From positions 4,250-68,249 of the forward strand of contig CASEAJ010000046.1 of the NCBI GenBank assembly GCA_949285425.1: a DNA stretch of 64,000 nucleotides. Reading direction: 5' to 3'. The first letter of the stretch is position 1. Each line of letters starts with the position of its first letter. Below, piece after piece: positions 9,829 to 21,000 of this stretch. Source of the DNA: an uncultured Porphyromonadaceae bacterium (GTDB taxonomy: Bacteria > Bacteroidota > Bacteroidia > Bacteroidales > Paludibacteraceae). Under the pieces are notes generated by a model that was not told where the DNA came from, ran no database searches, and saw only the letters and a list, made by a program, of their open reading frames with translations. The position numbers and the translations under genes were made by a program.

Positions 9829-10601
9829 AAAAACTATCTATTATCCAAATGCTCCTGTTGGCAGGAGCATGCATGAGTGCTTTTGCAGGCCAACCATCCG
9901 ATTTGTTCGAGAAAAAAGACTTTGTGTACAAAGGAGACACATTACATTACCGGATTCTCTATCCGGAACATTATGACCCCGACAAAAAATATCCGTTTAT
10001 CCTGTTTCTGCACGGTGCCGGTGAACGCGGCTCTGACAATGAAAGCCAACTGAAACATGGATCGTTTCTTTTCACTTCACCGGAAAACCGGAACAGCTAC
10101 CCGGCCATTGTCATTTTCCCGCAATGTCCGGCTGATGGTTATTGGGCACCTATGGAACAAGACGGAAATGACCGGATTTTCCCGGAAAACCCGAAACCGA
10201 CCCCTTCCATGCGCATGGTTGAACAACTGGTACGTCACTATATGAAACAGGAGTCTGTCGACCGCAACCGCATGTACATTTTAGGTCTTTCCATGGGAGG
10301 CATGGGAACCTTCGATTACATTTGCCGTCATCCGAAACAGTTCGCCTGTGCCATTCCCATTTGTGGAGGTGTCCATCTGGAAAGACTGAAAAAAGTACGG
10401 CACATGCCTATCCGTATCTATCACGGGTCTGTTGACCCGGTAGTATCCGTCGAGTTTTCAAGAAATGCTTTCATTGAACTGAAAGCCTTAGGATCGGAAA
10501 AAGTAGAATATAAAGAATATACGGGAGTAGAACACGACAGCTGGAACAACGCATTTGCCGAACCCGATTTCCTGGAATGGATGTTCCGGCAGACAAAATA
10601 G
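9825..10601 (+). CDS. Secreted alpha/beta-hydrolase (esterase/phospholipase)
   Basis: Signal peptide, LHGAGERG, GLSMGG nucleophile, HGSVD, EHDSW. ATGA overlap with the CYTH gene. Confidence 0.85.
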   Translation: MKKLSIIQMLLLAGACMSAFAGQPSDLFEKKDFVYKGDTLHYRILYPEHYDPDKKYPFILFLHGAGERGSDNESQLKHGSFLFTSPENRNSYPAIVIFPQCPADGYWAPMEQDGNDRIFPENPKPTPSMRMVEQLVRHYMKQESVDRNRMYILGLSMGGMGTFDYICRHPKQFACAIPICGGVHLERLKKVRHMPIRIYHGSVDPVVSVEFSRNAFIELKALGSEKVEYKEYTGVEHDSWNNAFAEPDFLEWMFRQTK

Positions 10602-10637
10602 AAAGAACAGAAGACGGATTCTCTTTCCAATCAAAAA

Positions 10638-10674
10638 AATTGCCCCTGCTGCAAATTTTGCAACAGGGGCAATT
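10638..10674. terminator. Bidirectional terminator between convergent genes
   Basis: aattgcccctgctgcaaa / tttgcaacaggggcaatt. Confidence 0.7.
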
Positions 10675-10730
10675 CTCGTTCCATTCACATGATGATGGTT
10701 TTTGCTTTATTTACACGAAAAAGCAAAGAC

Positions 10731-11543
10731 TTATTTCTTCTCTATCCTTGAACGGGTGGTAAATTTCACTCCGGTCTTTCCTTTGATGCCTTCGGGTATG
10801 AGAGGCGTGTCACTGCTTGAAAGAAAAATGCCGACCACCTGATCCTTATATCTGTCTTGGTACACACCCATGTCATAATATCTGACATTGTCGGCCGTAG
10901 CGAGATTCAGGTCCTCAAAACGTTCTTTTATATACATTTCCGCTTCTTGCAACGCTTCTTCATCATCCCTTAGAATCACCAAGGTGGACACCAACCCTCC
11001 TTGCTCGAAATAATGAATTTCCTGCTCTATTTTCGCATTGTCAGGCAAGTCATACACCAGCTTTTCTTCCGTACTCTCTTTCTCGTTAAGCGTACCTTCC
11101 GGAACCATTTGCTTTACATAAGCCATTGTACTTCCCGGACGGAACAACAGCAGCACATGATTCAACAAATTGGTTTGCGTCTCTACACTGACCGTACTTT
11201 CGGCATAAATCTTCCCATCCGTAGAGTAAATCCGAACGACAGACACTCCGGCACGTCTGGCCTTGACTACCGCTTCATTGGCTGTGGTCACATTCATTTC
11301 CACGACCCCCTTGTCACTCAGCGACCATTTATAGGCTTTGTTCAATGCATCGCCTGTCGAAGAGAAAGAAGGCACTATCGTATCTGTCTCTCCATAAGCC
11401 AACGTAACATGCTCGGGGGTAAGATACACCTTGCCATGATCCGTCGTGTCTACGAATGGAGGCTCCGGATTCCGGTCATTACATGCCACAAACGACAGCA
11501 CACAACCAGCCAACAGCAAAGAACAGCTCAATAACTTCTTCAT
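10731..11543 (-). CDS. Lipoprotein with Ig-like (Big_2-type) domain
   Basis: MKKLL...SFVAC lipobox; W-S-L-S-D-x-x-V-V and STDG...STVSV Ig-like pattern. Confidence 0.65.
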   Translation of the reverse strand: MKKLLSCSLLLAGCVLSFVACNDRNPEPPFVDTTDHGKVYLTPEHVTLAYGETDTIVPSFSSTGDALNKAYKWSLSDKGVVEMNVTTANEAVVKARRAGVSVVRIYSTDGKIYAESTVSVETQTNLLNHVLLLFRPGSTMAYVKQMVPEGTLNEKESTEEKLVYDLPDNAKIEQEIHYFEQGGLVSTLVILRDDEEALQEAEMYIKERFEDLNLATADNVRYYDMGVYQDRYKDQVVGIFLSSSDTPLIPEGIKGKTGVKFTTRSRIEKK

Positions 11544-11574
11544 AGAATTACCAATGCTTGTATATGTCCTTTTT

Positions 11575-12027
11575 TTATTCTTCCTCCGTCTTTTCTCCTT
11601 TAGCAAAAACCAATGAGGTCTCTCCGTTTTCCAACTTCAGGACATCCTCTTTTTCCAAACAAACTTTTACGCCTTCTTCAGCTGCAAAAGCCATCAGGAA
11701 TTCCGTTTCTGCATTTTCAAACGGACAAGCCATCCGCGTCGATGCCATGTGAGGAGCCCGAAGCATTCCCTTTTCCAAACTGAATCCACCCGTATAGCGA
11801 TTGCATCCCGATGAACCGTACACAATCGAGTCGGTAAAATTAAAATCTATGGTCGGGATCGGACCTTCAAACAAAGTTTTTGCGTCAACGCCGTTCATAC
11901 TCGTCAGCACCCAATGATTGTTTTCAAGCACTGCCGTATCAATACTTTTGCTTCCACAGCTCTGCATTCCGAAAAACAAAGTTACCAAAACGGTAAACAC
12001 AATTCCTTTCATTCCTTTTTTCATCAT
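11575..12027 (-). CDS. META (HslJ-like) domain lipoprotein
   Basis: Lipobox MQSC; WVLTSM, GSSGCNRY, STRMAC. Confidence 0.9.
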   Translation of the reverse strand: MMKKGMKGIVFTVLVTLFFGMQSCGSKSIDTAVLENNHWVLTSMNGVDAKTLFEGPIPTIDFNFTDSIVYGSSGCNRYTGGFSLEKGMLRAPHMASTRMACPFENAETEFLMAFAAEEGVKVCLEKEDVLKLENGETSLVFAKGEKTEEE

Positions 12028-12034
12028 TTTATAC

Positions 12035-12802
12035 CTAAATTAAATTAAACATATCTGCGTCTTTCCATACAGGAAAACCCTTACGCAGTTTTTCCAGATT
12101 CTCTATGGATATATCAACAGTTTCCACACACATTTGGTTGGGAGCAGCTGCCAGCAACACTTCACCTTTAGCATTAATTAACTTGGATTCCCCACTATAA
12201 CAAATGCCATTCCCCTCTCCTATCCGATTCACACCACAAACATAAGCCTGATTTTCTATGGCACGCGCCTCGAGCAAAACATTCCAGGCTTTCATTCGGC
12301 TCACCGGCCAGTTGGCCACGTACAGCAGCAAATCATATTGGTTGCCCACATTGCGCGACCACACCGGAAAACGCAAGTCATAGCACACCAACACACACAC
12401 GTTAAATCCTTTATAGTGCACTATCAAGCGGTCATTCCCTCTTTGGAACGTGCGGTCTTCACCACCGGGAGAAAAAAGATGACGTTTGTCGGCCGTGGCA
12501 ACGGTTCCATCAGGAAACACAAAAAACGCCCTGTTATAGAACTTTCCTGCCTCACAAGCCAAAAAGCTACCGCTTATGGCCATTGTACAGGCAGAAGCCC
12601 AATGTTTCAAAAACCGTACCGTTTTTCCCTGCATATCTTCTGCCAGTTCCAAATGTTCCGGACAAAACCCGGTAGTAAACATTTCCGGCAAAACCACCAG
12701 ATCTGTCTTTCCTGCCAGTCTTTCCAGCCGGTCACCGACATGTTGCAGATTGGCATCCTTATCAGCCCACACTATATGGTCTTGAAACAACGTTATTTTC
12801 AT
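12035..12802 (-). CDS. Nitrilase-family amidohydrolase (omega-amidase/YafV-like)
   Basis: LPEMFTTGF, DKRHLF, CYDLRFPVWSRN (Glu-Lys-Cys triad), ARAIENQ. Confidence 0.92.
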   Translation of the reverse strand: MKITLFQDHIVWADKDANLQHVGDRLERLAGKTDLVVLPEMFTTGFCPEHLELAEDMQGKTVRFLKHWASACTMAISGSFLACEAGKFYNRAFFVFPDGTVATADKRHLFSPGGEDRTFQRGNDRLIVHYKGFNVCVLVCYDLRFPVWSRNVGNQYDLLLYVANWPVSRMKAWNVLLEARAIENQAYVCGVNRIGEGNGICYSGESKLINAKGEVLLAAAPNQMCVETVDISIENLEKLRKGFPVWKDADMFNLI

Positions 12803-12873
12803 AAAATCAAACTGCAGTACGTTTCAAAGAGAGAAAAGACAAACGTTTGAGACGGTTAAATCAGAAGAGGGCA

Positions 12874-13419
12874 TCACGGCTCCAGATAAAATTGTTCCGG
12901 GAACCGTGCCGTAACCCCCCGATAGAAGGATTGTATTTTTTTCAAATCGGCCGCTTCATCTCCTGTCGGATAAAATATTCCGGTAATGCCCAATTCCTTT
13001 TTGCCATAATCAATGTAAGCAAGCTGGATAGGAACATTGGCCTGAACCGCAATGTGATAGAATCCCATTTTCCATTTATTCACACGCTTGCGGGTACCTT
13101 CAGGGGTAATGGCAATATGAAACCGTTCCCGGCTGTTAAATACGTTCACCACCTGCCGTGTTACCGACATTTTACGCGACCGGTCAACCGGAACCCCTCC
13201 CATACGACGCAACACATTGCCTACCGGAAAGAAAAACCACGACTTCTTCATCAGAAAAGAAGCATCGCGACCCTCTGCCCAATAATACAGTTTTCCCAAT
13301 ATGAAGTCCCAGTTACTTGTATGAGGGGCTACACAAATCACACTTTTCGCAGGCTCGGGAACTGTTGTCACATATTTCCATCCGGCTGCCTTCAATGCCC
13401 AACGGCCAAACTTTTTCAT
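12874..13419 (-). CDS. 1-acyl-sn-glycerol-3-phosphate acyltransferase family protein
   Basis: PHTSNWD (HxxxxD) and PEGTR motifs. Confidence 0.9.
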   Translation of the reverse strand: MKKFGRWALKAAGWKYVTTVPEPAKSVICVAPHTSNWDFILGKLYYWAEGRDASFLMKKSWFFFPVGNVLRRMGGVPVDRSRKMSVTRQVVNVFNSRERFHIAITPEGTRKRVNKWKMGFYHIAVQANVPIQLAYIDYGKKELGITGIFYPTGDEAADLKKIQSFYRGVTARFPEQFYLEP

Positions 13420-13556
13420 CTGTAATTACATTCTAAACGCCTGCAAAGCTAAGGCTTTTCATTCGAAAAGCAACCCCCGAACATCCATTATTCCCCAGTA
13501 CAAGAACTTATTTAATATATCTTAACCACCCAACGGCCGATTGGCGCGCATCTTTT

Positions 13557-13754
13557 AACCCCAATCGGTCATTTGGATTTTGCATTGGTTTTTGCTTTTC
13601 TAACGAGAGATTTGTTGTTCCGTGTTGCAGGCGCATAGCGGGCTATACGCCGAAAGACGGAACAACAAGGCACCTGAAGAAAACGAAAACCGGCAAAAAG
13701 TGCAGACACGATAAGTGAAACAATGGCAGAACGTTCTAATGACTCATTGGGGTT
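13557..13754. mobile_element. MITE-like element (~200 bp) with terminal inverted repeats
   Basis: Left aaccccaatcggtcatt vs reverse-complemented right aaccccaatgagtcatt (15/17); internal stem ttgttgttccgt...acggaacaacaa. Confidence 0.6.
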
Positions 13755-13844
13755 TAAAGAACCCATACCTATAAAAAAGATGATGGCAAACCCGATTCAT
13801 CTCTCTTATTTTTTCTACCTTTGCCGCATAAAAACAAACCAGAC

Positions 13845-14555
13845 ATGAAGCTATTGTTAATAAGCAACTCGACCAATCCGGGAGAAGCATATTTGGAATA
13901 TCCGAAATATGAAATACAAAAATTCCTCGGACGTGAAACTATTGAAGCGCTTTTCATTCCCTATGCGGCCGTCACTTTCTCATACGATGAATATGAAGCC
14001 AAAGTAAACAACCGCTTTGCCGAAATAGGACACCGCGTGAAGAGCATCCATCATTTTGACGACCCCAAGCTGGCCGTTGAAAAAGCCAAGGCCATCATCG
14101 TAGGAGGAGGAAACACATGGAAGCTGGTCCGCATGTTACACGACAACGGTTTGATTCCCATCATCCGCGAAAAAGTGTTGGCTGGCACTCCCTATATAGG
14201 GTGGAGCGCCGGTTCCAATGTTGCCTGCCCTACCTTGCGCACAACCAACGACATGCCCATTGTCAACCCGGGAACATTTGAAACGTTCAACCTCGTTCCT
14301 TTCCAAATAAACCCTCACTATCTGGATGACAATCCGGCCAATCACGGAGGCGAAACCCGCGAACAACGTATTGAAGAATTCATTACCGAAAACAAAGAAA
14401 CTTACGTGGTCGGCTTGCGCGAAGGCACCATGCTGCACTATGAGAACGATGAACTGCGACTGACAGGAAAACGTCCGGCACGCATTTTCAAGCATGGCAT
14501 GAAACCCAAAGAAATGAACGCAGAAGACAACTTTGATTTTCTTCTCAAAAAGTAA
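13845..14555 (+). CDS. pepE: Dipeptidase E (peptidase S51)
   Basis: LLISNST, VGGGNT, GWSAG, INPHY, GETREQRI; -7 box TACCTTTG at 13816-13823. Confidence 0.95.
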   Translation: MKLLLISNSTNPGEAYLEYPKYEIQKFLGRETIEALFIPYAAVTFSYDEYEAKVNNRFAEIGHRVKSIHHFDDPKLAVEKAKAIIVGGGNTWKLVRMLHDNGLIPIIREKVLAGTPYIGWSAGSNVACPTLRTTNDMPIVNPGTFETFNLVPFQINPHYLDDNPANHGGETREQRIEEFITENKETYVVGLREGTMLHYENDELRLTGKRPARIFKHGMKPKEMNAEDNFDFLLKK

Positions 14556-14575
14556 ACTCTGATTCATCATATAAC

Positions 14576-14612
14576 AAAACAGGCGCCATTGTTTTACAAC
14601 GGCGCCTGTTTT
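14576..14612. terminator. Bidirectional terminator
   Basis: aaaacaggcgcc...ggcgcctgtttt between convergent pepE and ADH. Confidence 0.8.
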
Positions 14613-14630
14613 TGTTTATGACATATATGA

Positions 14631-15773
14631 CTATTTTGCAGCCTGCAATATCTTTCGGGCCACATCACCGGTTACATTACCGGCCTCACCATAAGCTACA
14701 CCCGATTCATTGAAACGTTTGGCTACGGTTTCAATCGTATCATCGCCTATCCCCACTTCCGATAAACGGGTGGCAAGGCCCAACGAACGGAAAAATTCTT
14801 CTGTCTTCTCGATTGCCATTTCAATGCGTTCATCTTCCGTAGAAGCTTCTACATGGAATATGCGGTCGGCATATTGCAACAGCTTCGAACGCTTTTGCTC
14901 ACGCAATACACGCATTGTAGCTGGCATTACAATGGCCAACGAAGCACCGTGTGTAATGCCATGAAGCGCTGTAAGTTCATGACCTATCATGTGAGTACAC
15001 CAATCCTGCGTCACTCCCATGCTGATAAAATCGTTCAACGCCATTGTGGCGGTCAACATAAAATCGGCCATCGTGGCATAGTCATGCTGGTTTTCCTTTA
15101 TTTTCGGAGCTATTTCAAGTACTGTGAGCAGCAAACCTTCAGCCCAACGGTCCATTACACGCGACTGTCCTGCCGTGGTCATGTACTGCTCCAGCACGTG
15201 CACATAAATATCGGTCAAACCCGCCGCAATCTGATTGGCTGGCAACGAATAAGTCACTTCCGGATCAAGAATTGAAAACTCGGGATAACGGGTATAGAAG
15301 GCAAACTTTTCCTGCGTCTCCCGACGGGAGATAACCGCACCGCTATTCATTTCCGAACCAGTAGCAGGCAATGTCATCACCGAAGCAAACGGAATGCTCT
15401 TGTCGGCTCTCCCCTTCAACACAATGTCCCAGGCATCCGTATCGGTGCACACTCCTGCAGCTATCAGTTTTGTTCCATCCAATACGGAACCTCCACCGAC
15501 GGCCAAAAGGAAATCTACATTTTCTTCCTTGCATTGGGCGATAGCTTTGCGCAAGGTTTCAACGGCCGGATTGGGCTCTATACCCCAAAATTCGATATAG
15601 TTATGTTCCTTCAGAGCCTCTTTCACCTGTTCGTAGACTCCGTTGCGTTTCACACTGCCTCCGCCGAACGTCACCATAATCTTTCTTTCTTTTGGAACAA
15701 GTGCACTCAAACGTGCTATCTGTCCTTTTCCAAAGACCAGTTTGGTCGGATTTTGAAAAATAAAGTTATTCAT
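14631..15773 (-). CDS. Iron-containing NAD(P)H-dependent alcohol/butanol dehydrogenase (YqhD/Bdh-like)
   Basis: GGGSVK, GGGSVLD, TLPATGSE, HMIGHELTALHGITHG. Confidence 0.93.
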   Translation of the reverse strand: MNNFIFQNPTKLVFGKGQIARLSALVPKERKIMVTFGGGSVKRNGVYEQVKEALKEHNYIEFWGIEPNPAVETLRKAIAQCKEENVDFLLAVGGGSVLDGTKLIAAGVCTDTDAWDIVLKGRADKSIPFASVMTLPATGSEMNSGAVISRRETQEKFAFYTRYPEFSILDPEVTYSLPANQIAAGLTDIYVHVLEQYMTTAGQSRVMDRWAEGLLLTVLEIAPKIKENQHDYATMADFMLTATMALNDFISMGVTQDWCTHMIGHELTALHGITHGASLAIVMPATMRVLREQKRSKLLQYADRIFHVEASTEDERIEMAIEKTEEFFRSLGLATRLSEVGIGDDTIETVAKRFNESGVAYGEAGNVTGDVARKILQAAK

Positions 15774-15943
15774 ATATTTTGATATTAAATGAGTTTTCCT
15801 TTTTTGAAGAACAGAAGAATGCAGGCCATAGCTTTTTTCCCTGCGTTTCCCTGTTTAACCGACACACAAAGATACAAATTTTATCCACATGCGGACAGTT
15901 TCCTTGAATTATCCGTTCCTGTTTTCCATTCTCTCCGCACAAA

Positions 15944-16035
15944 TTCTATGACCCACTATTATGGGTTATATAACCCACTATTATGAGTTGTATGACCCAC
16001 TATTATGGGTTATACAACTCACTATTGTGGGTCGT
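15944..16035. repeat. 4 x 22-bp palindromic tandem array, family A (second locus)
   Basis: Units at 15948, 15970, 15992, 16014 (e.g. atgacccactattatgggttat, acaactcactattgtgggtcgt). Confidence 0.92.
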
Positions 16036-16132
16036 AAAACACATGCTCACAAACGGACAAAGCGATTGGTTCGAATCTATGAACCTATACGCCTGTGGAG
16101 CAGAACGGGTTTCCTTTCTGATTATATTGCAT

Positions 16133-16140
16133 TATCTTTG
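16133..16140 (+). promoter_or_regulatory. -7 promoter box for the U32 gene (divergent box for ADH at 15867-15874)
   Basis: TATCTTTG on each strand, flanking the repeat array. Confidence 0.6.
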
Positions 16141-16160
16141 CAACCGGATAACAGAAGACT

Positions 16161-17984
16161 ATGCGAAAAATTGAACTGCTTGCCCCGGCAAAAAACATAG
16201 AATGCGGCTTGGCTGCCATCAACCACGGAGCCGATGCCGTATACATAGGTGCCCCACAATTCAGCGCAAGGGCTGCGGCCGGAGTGTCGGTCAGCGACAT
16301 CGAACAACTGTCACACTACGCACACCGTTTCCGTGCCAAAGTGCTGGTGGCGCTCAACACCGTACTGACTGATGCTCAATTGCTGGAAGCCGAACGGCTG
16401 ATACGGCAAATTTACAATGCCGGCGCCGATGCCCTCATTGTGCAGGATATGGGTATCACCCAACTGGACCTGCCACCTATCGCACTCCATGCCAGCACAC
16501 AGACCGATAACCGCACGGCCGACAAAGTGCGGTTCTTGGAGCAAGCCGGCTTTTCGCGGGTCGTACTTGCCAGGGAACTCTCCTTGCAGCAAATACGGGA
16601 GATAGCCTCGCAAACACAAGTCGAACTCGAGGCCTTCATACACGGAGCCTTGTGTGTGAGTTACAGCGGACAGTGCTACATGAGCCAAGCCATGTGCGGA
16701 CGCAGTGCCAACCGGGGCGAGTGTGCCCAATTCTGCCGGTTGCCCTATGACCTGCTGGACGCTGAGGGCAAAGTGCTGTTAAAAAACAAGCACCTGCTCT
16801 CCCTCAAAGACCTGAACCAATCGGAACACCTGAAGGAACTGATTGATGCCGGAGTATCCTCGCTGAAAATAGAAGGACGACTCAAAGACCGGGAATATGT
16901 ACAGAACATAACGGCATTCTACCGAAAGAAGCTCGATGACATTCTTGATGGAACCCGCTACCGGCAAGCATCATCCGGAAAAACCACGTTCTTCTTTTCT
17001 CCGGAACCGGCCAAAAGTTTCAACCGAGGATTCACCGATTACTTTCTTACCGGACGAAAACCCGACATCATCCAACCGGACACGCCCAAGTCGTTGGGTG
17101 AACCGGTAGGACATACGGCCACATGCGGCACACGTTCATTCACCCTGTCGGGCAACATAGAGCTGAACAATGGAGATGGATTATGTTTCATCAACCGGCA
17201 AGGCTCTCTCGAGGGTTTCCGTGTGAACAAAGTGGACGGAAAAGAGATTTTTCCCTTGGAAATGCCCAAACTGTGGCCCGGCGCGGCTCTGTTCCGCAAT
17301 CAAGACAGCGAGTTTGAAAAACAACTGCAACAGAAAACCGCAGAACGGAACATTCGGATTGACATCGATTTTTCAGAGACACCCGACGGATTCATACTGC
17401 AGTTGACCGATGAGGATGGCATTACAGCGAGCATCCGAACGGTTTACGAAAAACAACTGGCCAAACAGCCGGAACGGGCCATCGAAAACATACACAACCA
17501 ACTGGCTAAACTGGGCAATACCATATACGTAGCCCGGCATATAAACATACAACTGTCAAGCCCTTGTTTTTTCCCGAATTCTACGCTAAACGAATGGCGC
17601 AGGCAGGCAATTGATGCGTTGGAAAAAAATAGAGAACGGTCTTACCGACGTCCGGAAAGACACGCAGGAAACGGAACGGTTGCATTTCCCCAACAAACGT
17701 TGGATTACACAGGCAATGTCACCAACCGAAAGGCCGAAACGTTCTACCGGAATCACGGTGTACAGAGCACAGCACCCGGTTTCGAACTGCATGAACCCGA
17801 CCATGCCACACTCATGTTTTGCAAGCACTGCATCAAATATGCCTACGGTTGGTGTACCAAACAAGGCGGAAGCGTACCCGGCCAAGAACCACTTTTTCTA
17901 CGACACAACGGGCAACGATACCGGCTCAAATTCGACTGCAGGCAATGTGAGATGAAAGTGGAGAAAGACAATGGCATATCATAA
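16161..17984 (+). CDS. U32 family protein, RlhA-like 23S rRNA hydroxylase
   Basis: ELLAPA, HASTQ, HGALCVSYSGQC, NRGECAQFCR, KIEGRLK; long C-terminal region. Confidence 0.88.
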   Translation: MRKIELLAPAKNIECGLAAINHGADAVYIGAPQFSARAAAGVSVSDIEQLSHYAHRFRAKVLVALNTVLTDAQLLEAERLIRQIYNAGADALIVQDMGITQLDLPPIALHASTQTDNRTADKVRFLEQAGFSRVVLARELSLQQIREIASQTQVELEAFIHGALCVSYSGQCYMSQAMCGRSANRGECAQFCRLPYDLLDAEGKVLLKNKHLLSLKDLNQSEHLKELIDAGVSSLKIEGRLKDREYVQNITAFYRKKLDDILDGTRYRQASSGKTTFFFSPEPAKSFNRGFTDYFLTGRKPDIIQPDTPKSLGEPVGHTATCGTRSFTLSGNIELNNGDGLCFINRQGSLEGFRVNKVDGKEIFPLEMPKLWPGAALFRNQDSEFEKQLQQKTAERNIRIDIDFSETPDGFILQLTDEDGITASIRTVYEKQLAKQPERAIENIHNQLAKLGNTIYVARHINIQLSSPCFFPNSTLNEWRRQAIDALEKNRERSYRRPERHAGNGTVAFPQQTLDYTGNVTNRKAETFYRNHGVQSTAPGFELHEPDHATLMFCKHCIKYAYGWCTKQGGSVPGQEPLFLRHNGQRYRLKFDCRQCEMKVEKDNGIS

Positions 17985-18039
17985 CAGGCAATGACTATCA
18001 TCTTGCCCTTTCTGATACATCTTACCGGGGGAACAGACC

Positions 18040-18067
18040 ATGGTGTGTGCATTCGTACACACACCAT
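18040..18067. terminator. Hairpin between convergent U32 and porU
   Basis: atggtgtgtg...cacacaccat. Confidence 0.55.
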
Positions 18068-18087
18068 TCTGTGAAACGAACAACGTT

Positions 18088-21000
18088 TTATTTTATCAAC
18101 AATTTGTTGGCTCTGTAGGAAACAATCTTGTCATCACTCTTCACACTGACCCGATAGATATACACACCGGGTAGCAGTTTTCCGTTAGCCGTCGAGAGGT
18201 CCCAGGTTATGTAGTTGGCAGACTGACGGCTTTCACTCCAAACCCGTTTGCCCGACAAATCGTACACATCGACGGTCATGTCTATCATTTCATCTTCCCG
18301 GTCATGTTTCACCTGGATAGTTGTCTGAGTCGTAGCCGGATTCGGGAAACAAGTTACGGAGAAAATTTCCGGCTTCAGGTCCTTCACAACCTCAAAGTCC
18401 AGGTATTCCATAGTCGACACATTATACAGGTTCCAGGCACGGAACATCAAAGTATAGTGCCCTTCTTCCAGTTTCGGCAACTGATACGTAACCGTACCTT
18501 CCTTGTAGGTATCCAACTCCGACTCATAATAATCGTTCAGCACAAACGACTGGTTGTCATTCAGCATCAGCATAATGTCATGTCCCGGAGTCGGACTGGA
18601 TATATTAATGCCGTTTTCATCGTACAAATGAGCCATGAACACCGGAGTTTCATCCACTTTTCCTCCCGAAACAAACCCTTTATGATTCAAATACAGTTCT
18701 ACCTGAGGCCCGCTGGTCACATTTTCGGCTGTGGAGCTACTTCCACCTATGATGAAATTTTCATTATATCCTTGTCCGCCTTCATTGCCGGTCTCATTCC
18801 ACACGGTAAACACCATTCGTCCAGAGCCATAATTGTATTTTATGTCTTTCGGCAATCTGAATGTTACAGAAAATTCTCCATTCTGTACCGCAGCTGTTCC
18901 CTTGAACAAGATATTGGAATAATCGGTATAGGAAAACGGACCCGCCAGATCTCCATCATTATTCAACGTAGTCACCGAAACTTGCTTGTCATACACGATA
19001 ATCTGTGCCGTACCTTTAAAGTGGCTTGCCTTGTTACCTTGTCTGTCAAGCACACAAGCCTTTACTTTCACTTCAGACAAAGCGCGCAGCGTATCGTTTC
19101 CGGCTACCGGCTTCCCGTTTATCTCCTGCAAAACCACATCATACCGATTCGGATAGTTCAAACGAACCGATGGATCGCCAAAATAGACGTAGGCCAATTT
19201 GTTTGCAGGGTCGGATGTAAGCGTGTTTTTTGCCAGCATGATAGCATCGCCAACAGCCATATTTTCATTGTCGGAGTTGGAAAAAAGAGTTTCGGCAAAA
19301 GCCCGCATCAACGAATAGTTGGGTCCTGGATAAACAGAACGTGTAGCCGAAAAACAGCCTATTGCCCCTCCTTGAGCCGTGAGAACCAATTCTTCCCCAC
19401 CCGACACATACTCCTTGTCATAGCGTGAGAATTCACACGTACCTGCGCTGACCAAAGGCAAACACTGGTTCGTCATATTCTTGATTTCATGTGTCTGCAA
19501 TATGTTTTCATTGGTCCACCCGTTCACATTGGCATGTCCCATGTAGTTGATATAAAGCAACCCCATACGAATAAGATTTTCAAAACGGTTCTTGGCCAGG
19601 GGATATGTTTGTCCGCTGGCATTCACCTCCTGCTGATAGGCATCGAGCAGAATTTTGTTCACATTGTATCCCCTCCGTATGCCAGCTACGGCATCGGCCA
19701 CCCCGTTGGCCTGTTCCATGTGTGTGTTACCATCTCCATCATCACCCAGAAAGCAAAGCTGATTTTTCCAGGCACCGGGAGTGTCATTACGCATGTAGCT
19801 TATGGTCTTCTCCACCACAGCCCAAGCCTGTTCTTCCGTCACTACGGGGAAACGTCCTATGCTGATATCCAACTTGTCTCTGTTACCCAGACTTACCCCT
19901 TCATTGTCATCCAGAAAGCCGAAGTAGTCATCGGTTGTGTAAGACTCCTTGTCTTCTGCTACCGAATTGGCTGACTGATAGGTGAGCAGCAATCTGTTGC
20001 CTGTTCCACTTAGCATTCCCCGATTGTCAAACGAACCTTTTCCAAACAACAAAAGATAGCGCAAAGACACATCCTGCCGTTCATACAACATTTTGGCCGC
20101 CCAGCGATAGGCTGTAGCATCCGGCGTACCTGATGAAAATTCATTATATACCTCATCGGCTGTCACTACTCCCACGTTCAGTCCATCAAGTTCGGCATGG
20201 GCACGAGCCAAAGACTCCGCTGCCGCCTTGAATGCCTGATTTGTAATGATAAGCATATCCACCGAAGCCATGCCATGCACGTTCTGTCTGGGAACTTCAT
20301 CCAACAATGTGGCCGATGGAATGGACGACACCGCATTCAAGTCCACTGCCGCATATGACTTTGCAGTCATCGCATCATCGACAAATGTCAAGGTTCCTCC
20401 CGATACTTCCAACGGCACTTCCTGTACATTGGCCAAATCATTTATATTCCACACCCGTACCGATGAACCGGCTGTGAGGCGATAACGGTTATGCCCACCC
20501 AGATTTTCACGATTATGAAATGTCATATACGCACCGGTCATGGCCAGCGCACGCCGCACATTAACTTCGATATAATCCAAATAACCTATGCTCGAACCTG
20601 TATAAGACAACATAAACGACAACTGGTCCGAAGAAGTCGTGAACGTATTATCGGACGATGATATGCCCTTGGCCCCTCCTCCATTCAGACGCAAGGAAAA
20701 ATAGTTCTTGTCACGAGCCACTTCGGTTCTCACCTCCACGTTTTCCGATTTCACCACATTGGGAAACGAAAATGAAGCGGTAACGGAACTTCCAGTGTTC
20801 ACCTGCTCGTACAATTTCCGTCCTGAACGGTTAACCGAAGCCGATTCCCGTTCATACACGGCATAATCCGTAAACACACTCACGTCGCTTACAGCCTCAG
20901 CCGTCACTTTAGCTCCCTGGGCAATACGTTTTCTTGTCCCTACGGCATCCGAAGTGACAAAATAATAACCATACGTGGAATAAGGATTGATTTCGTGCGT

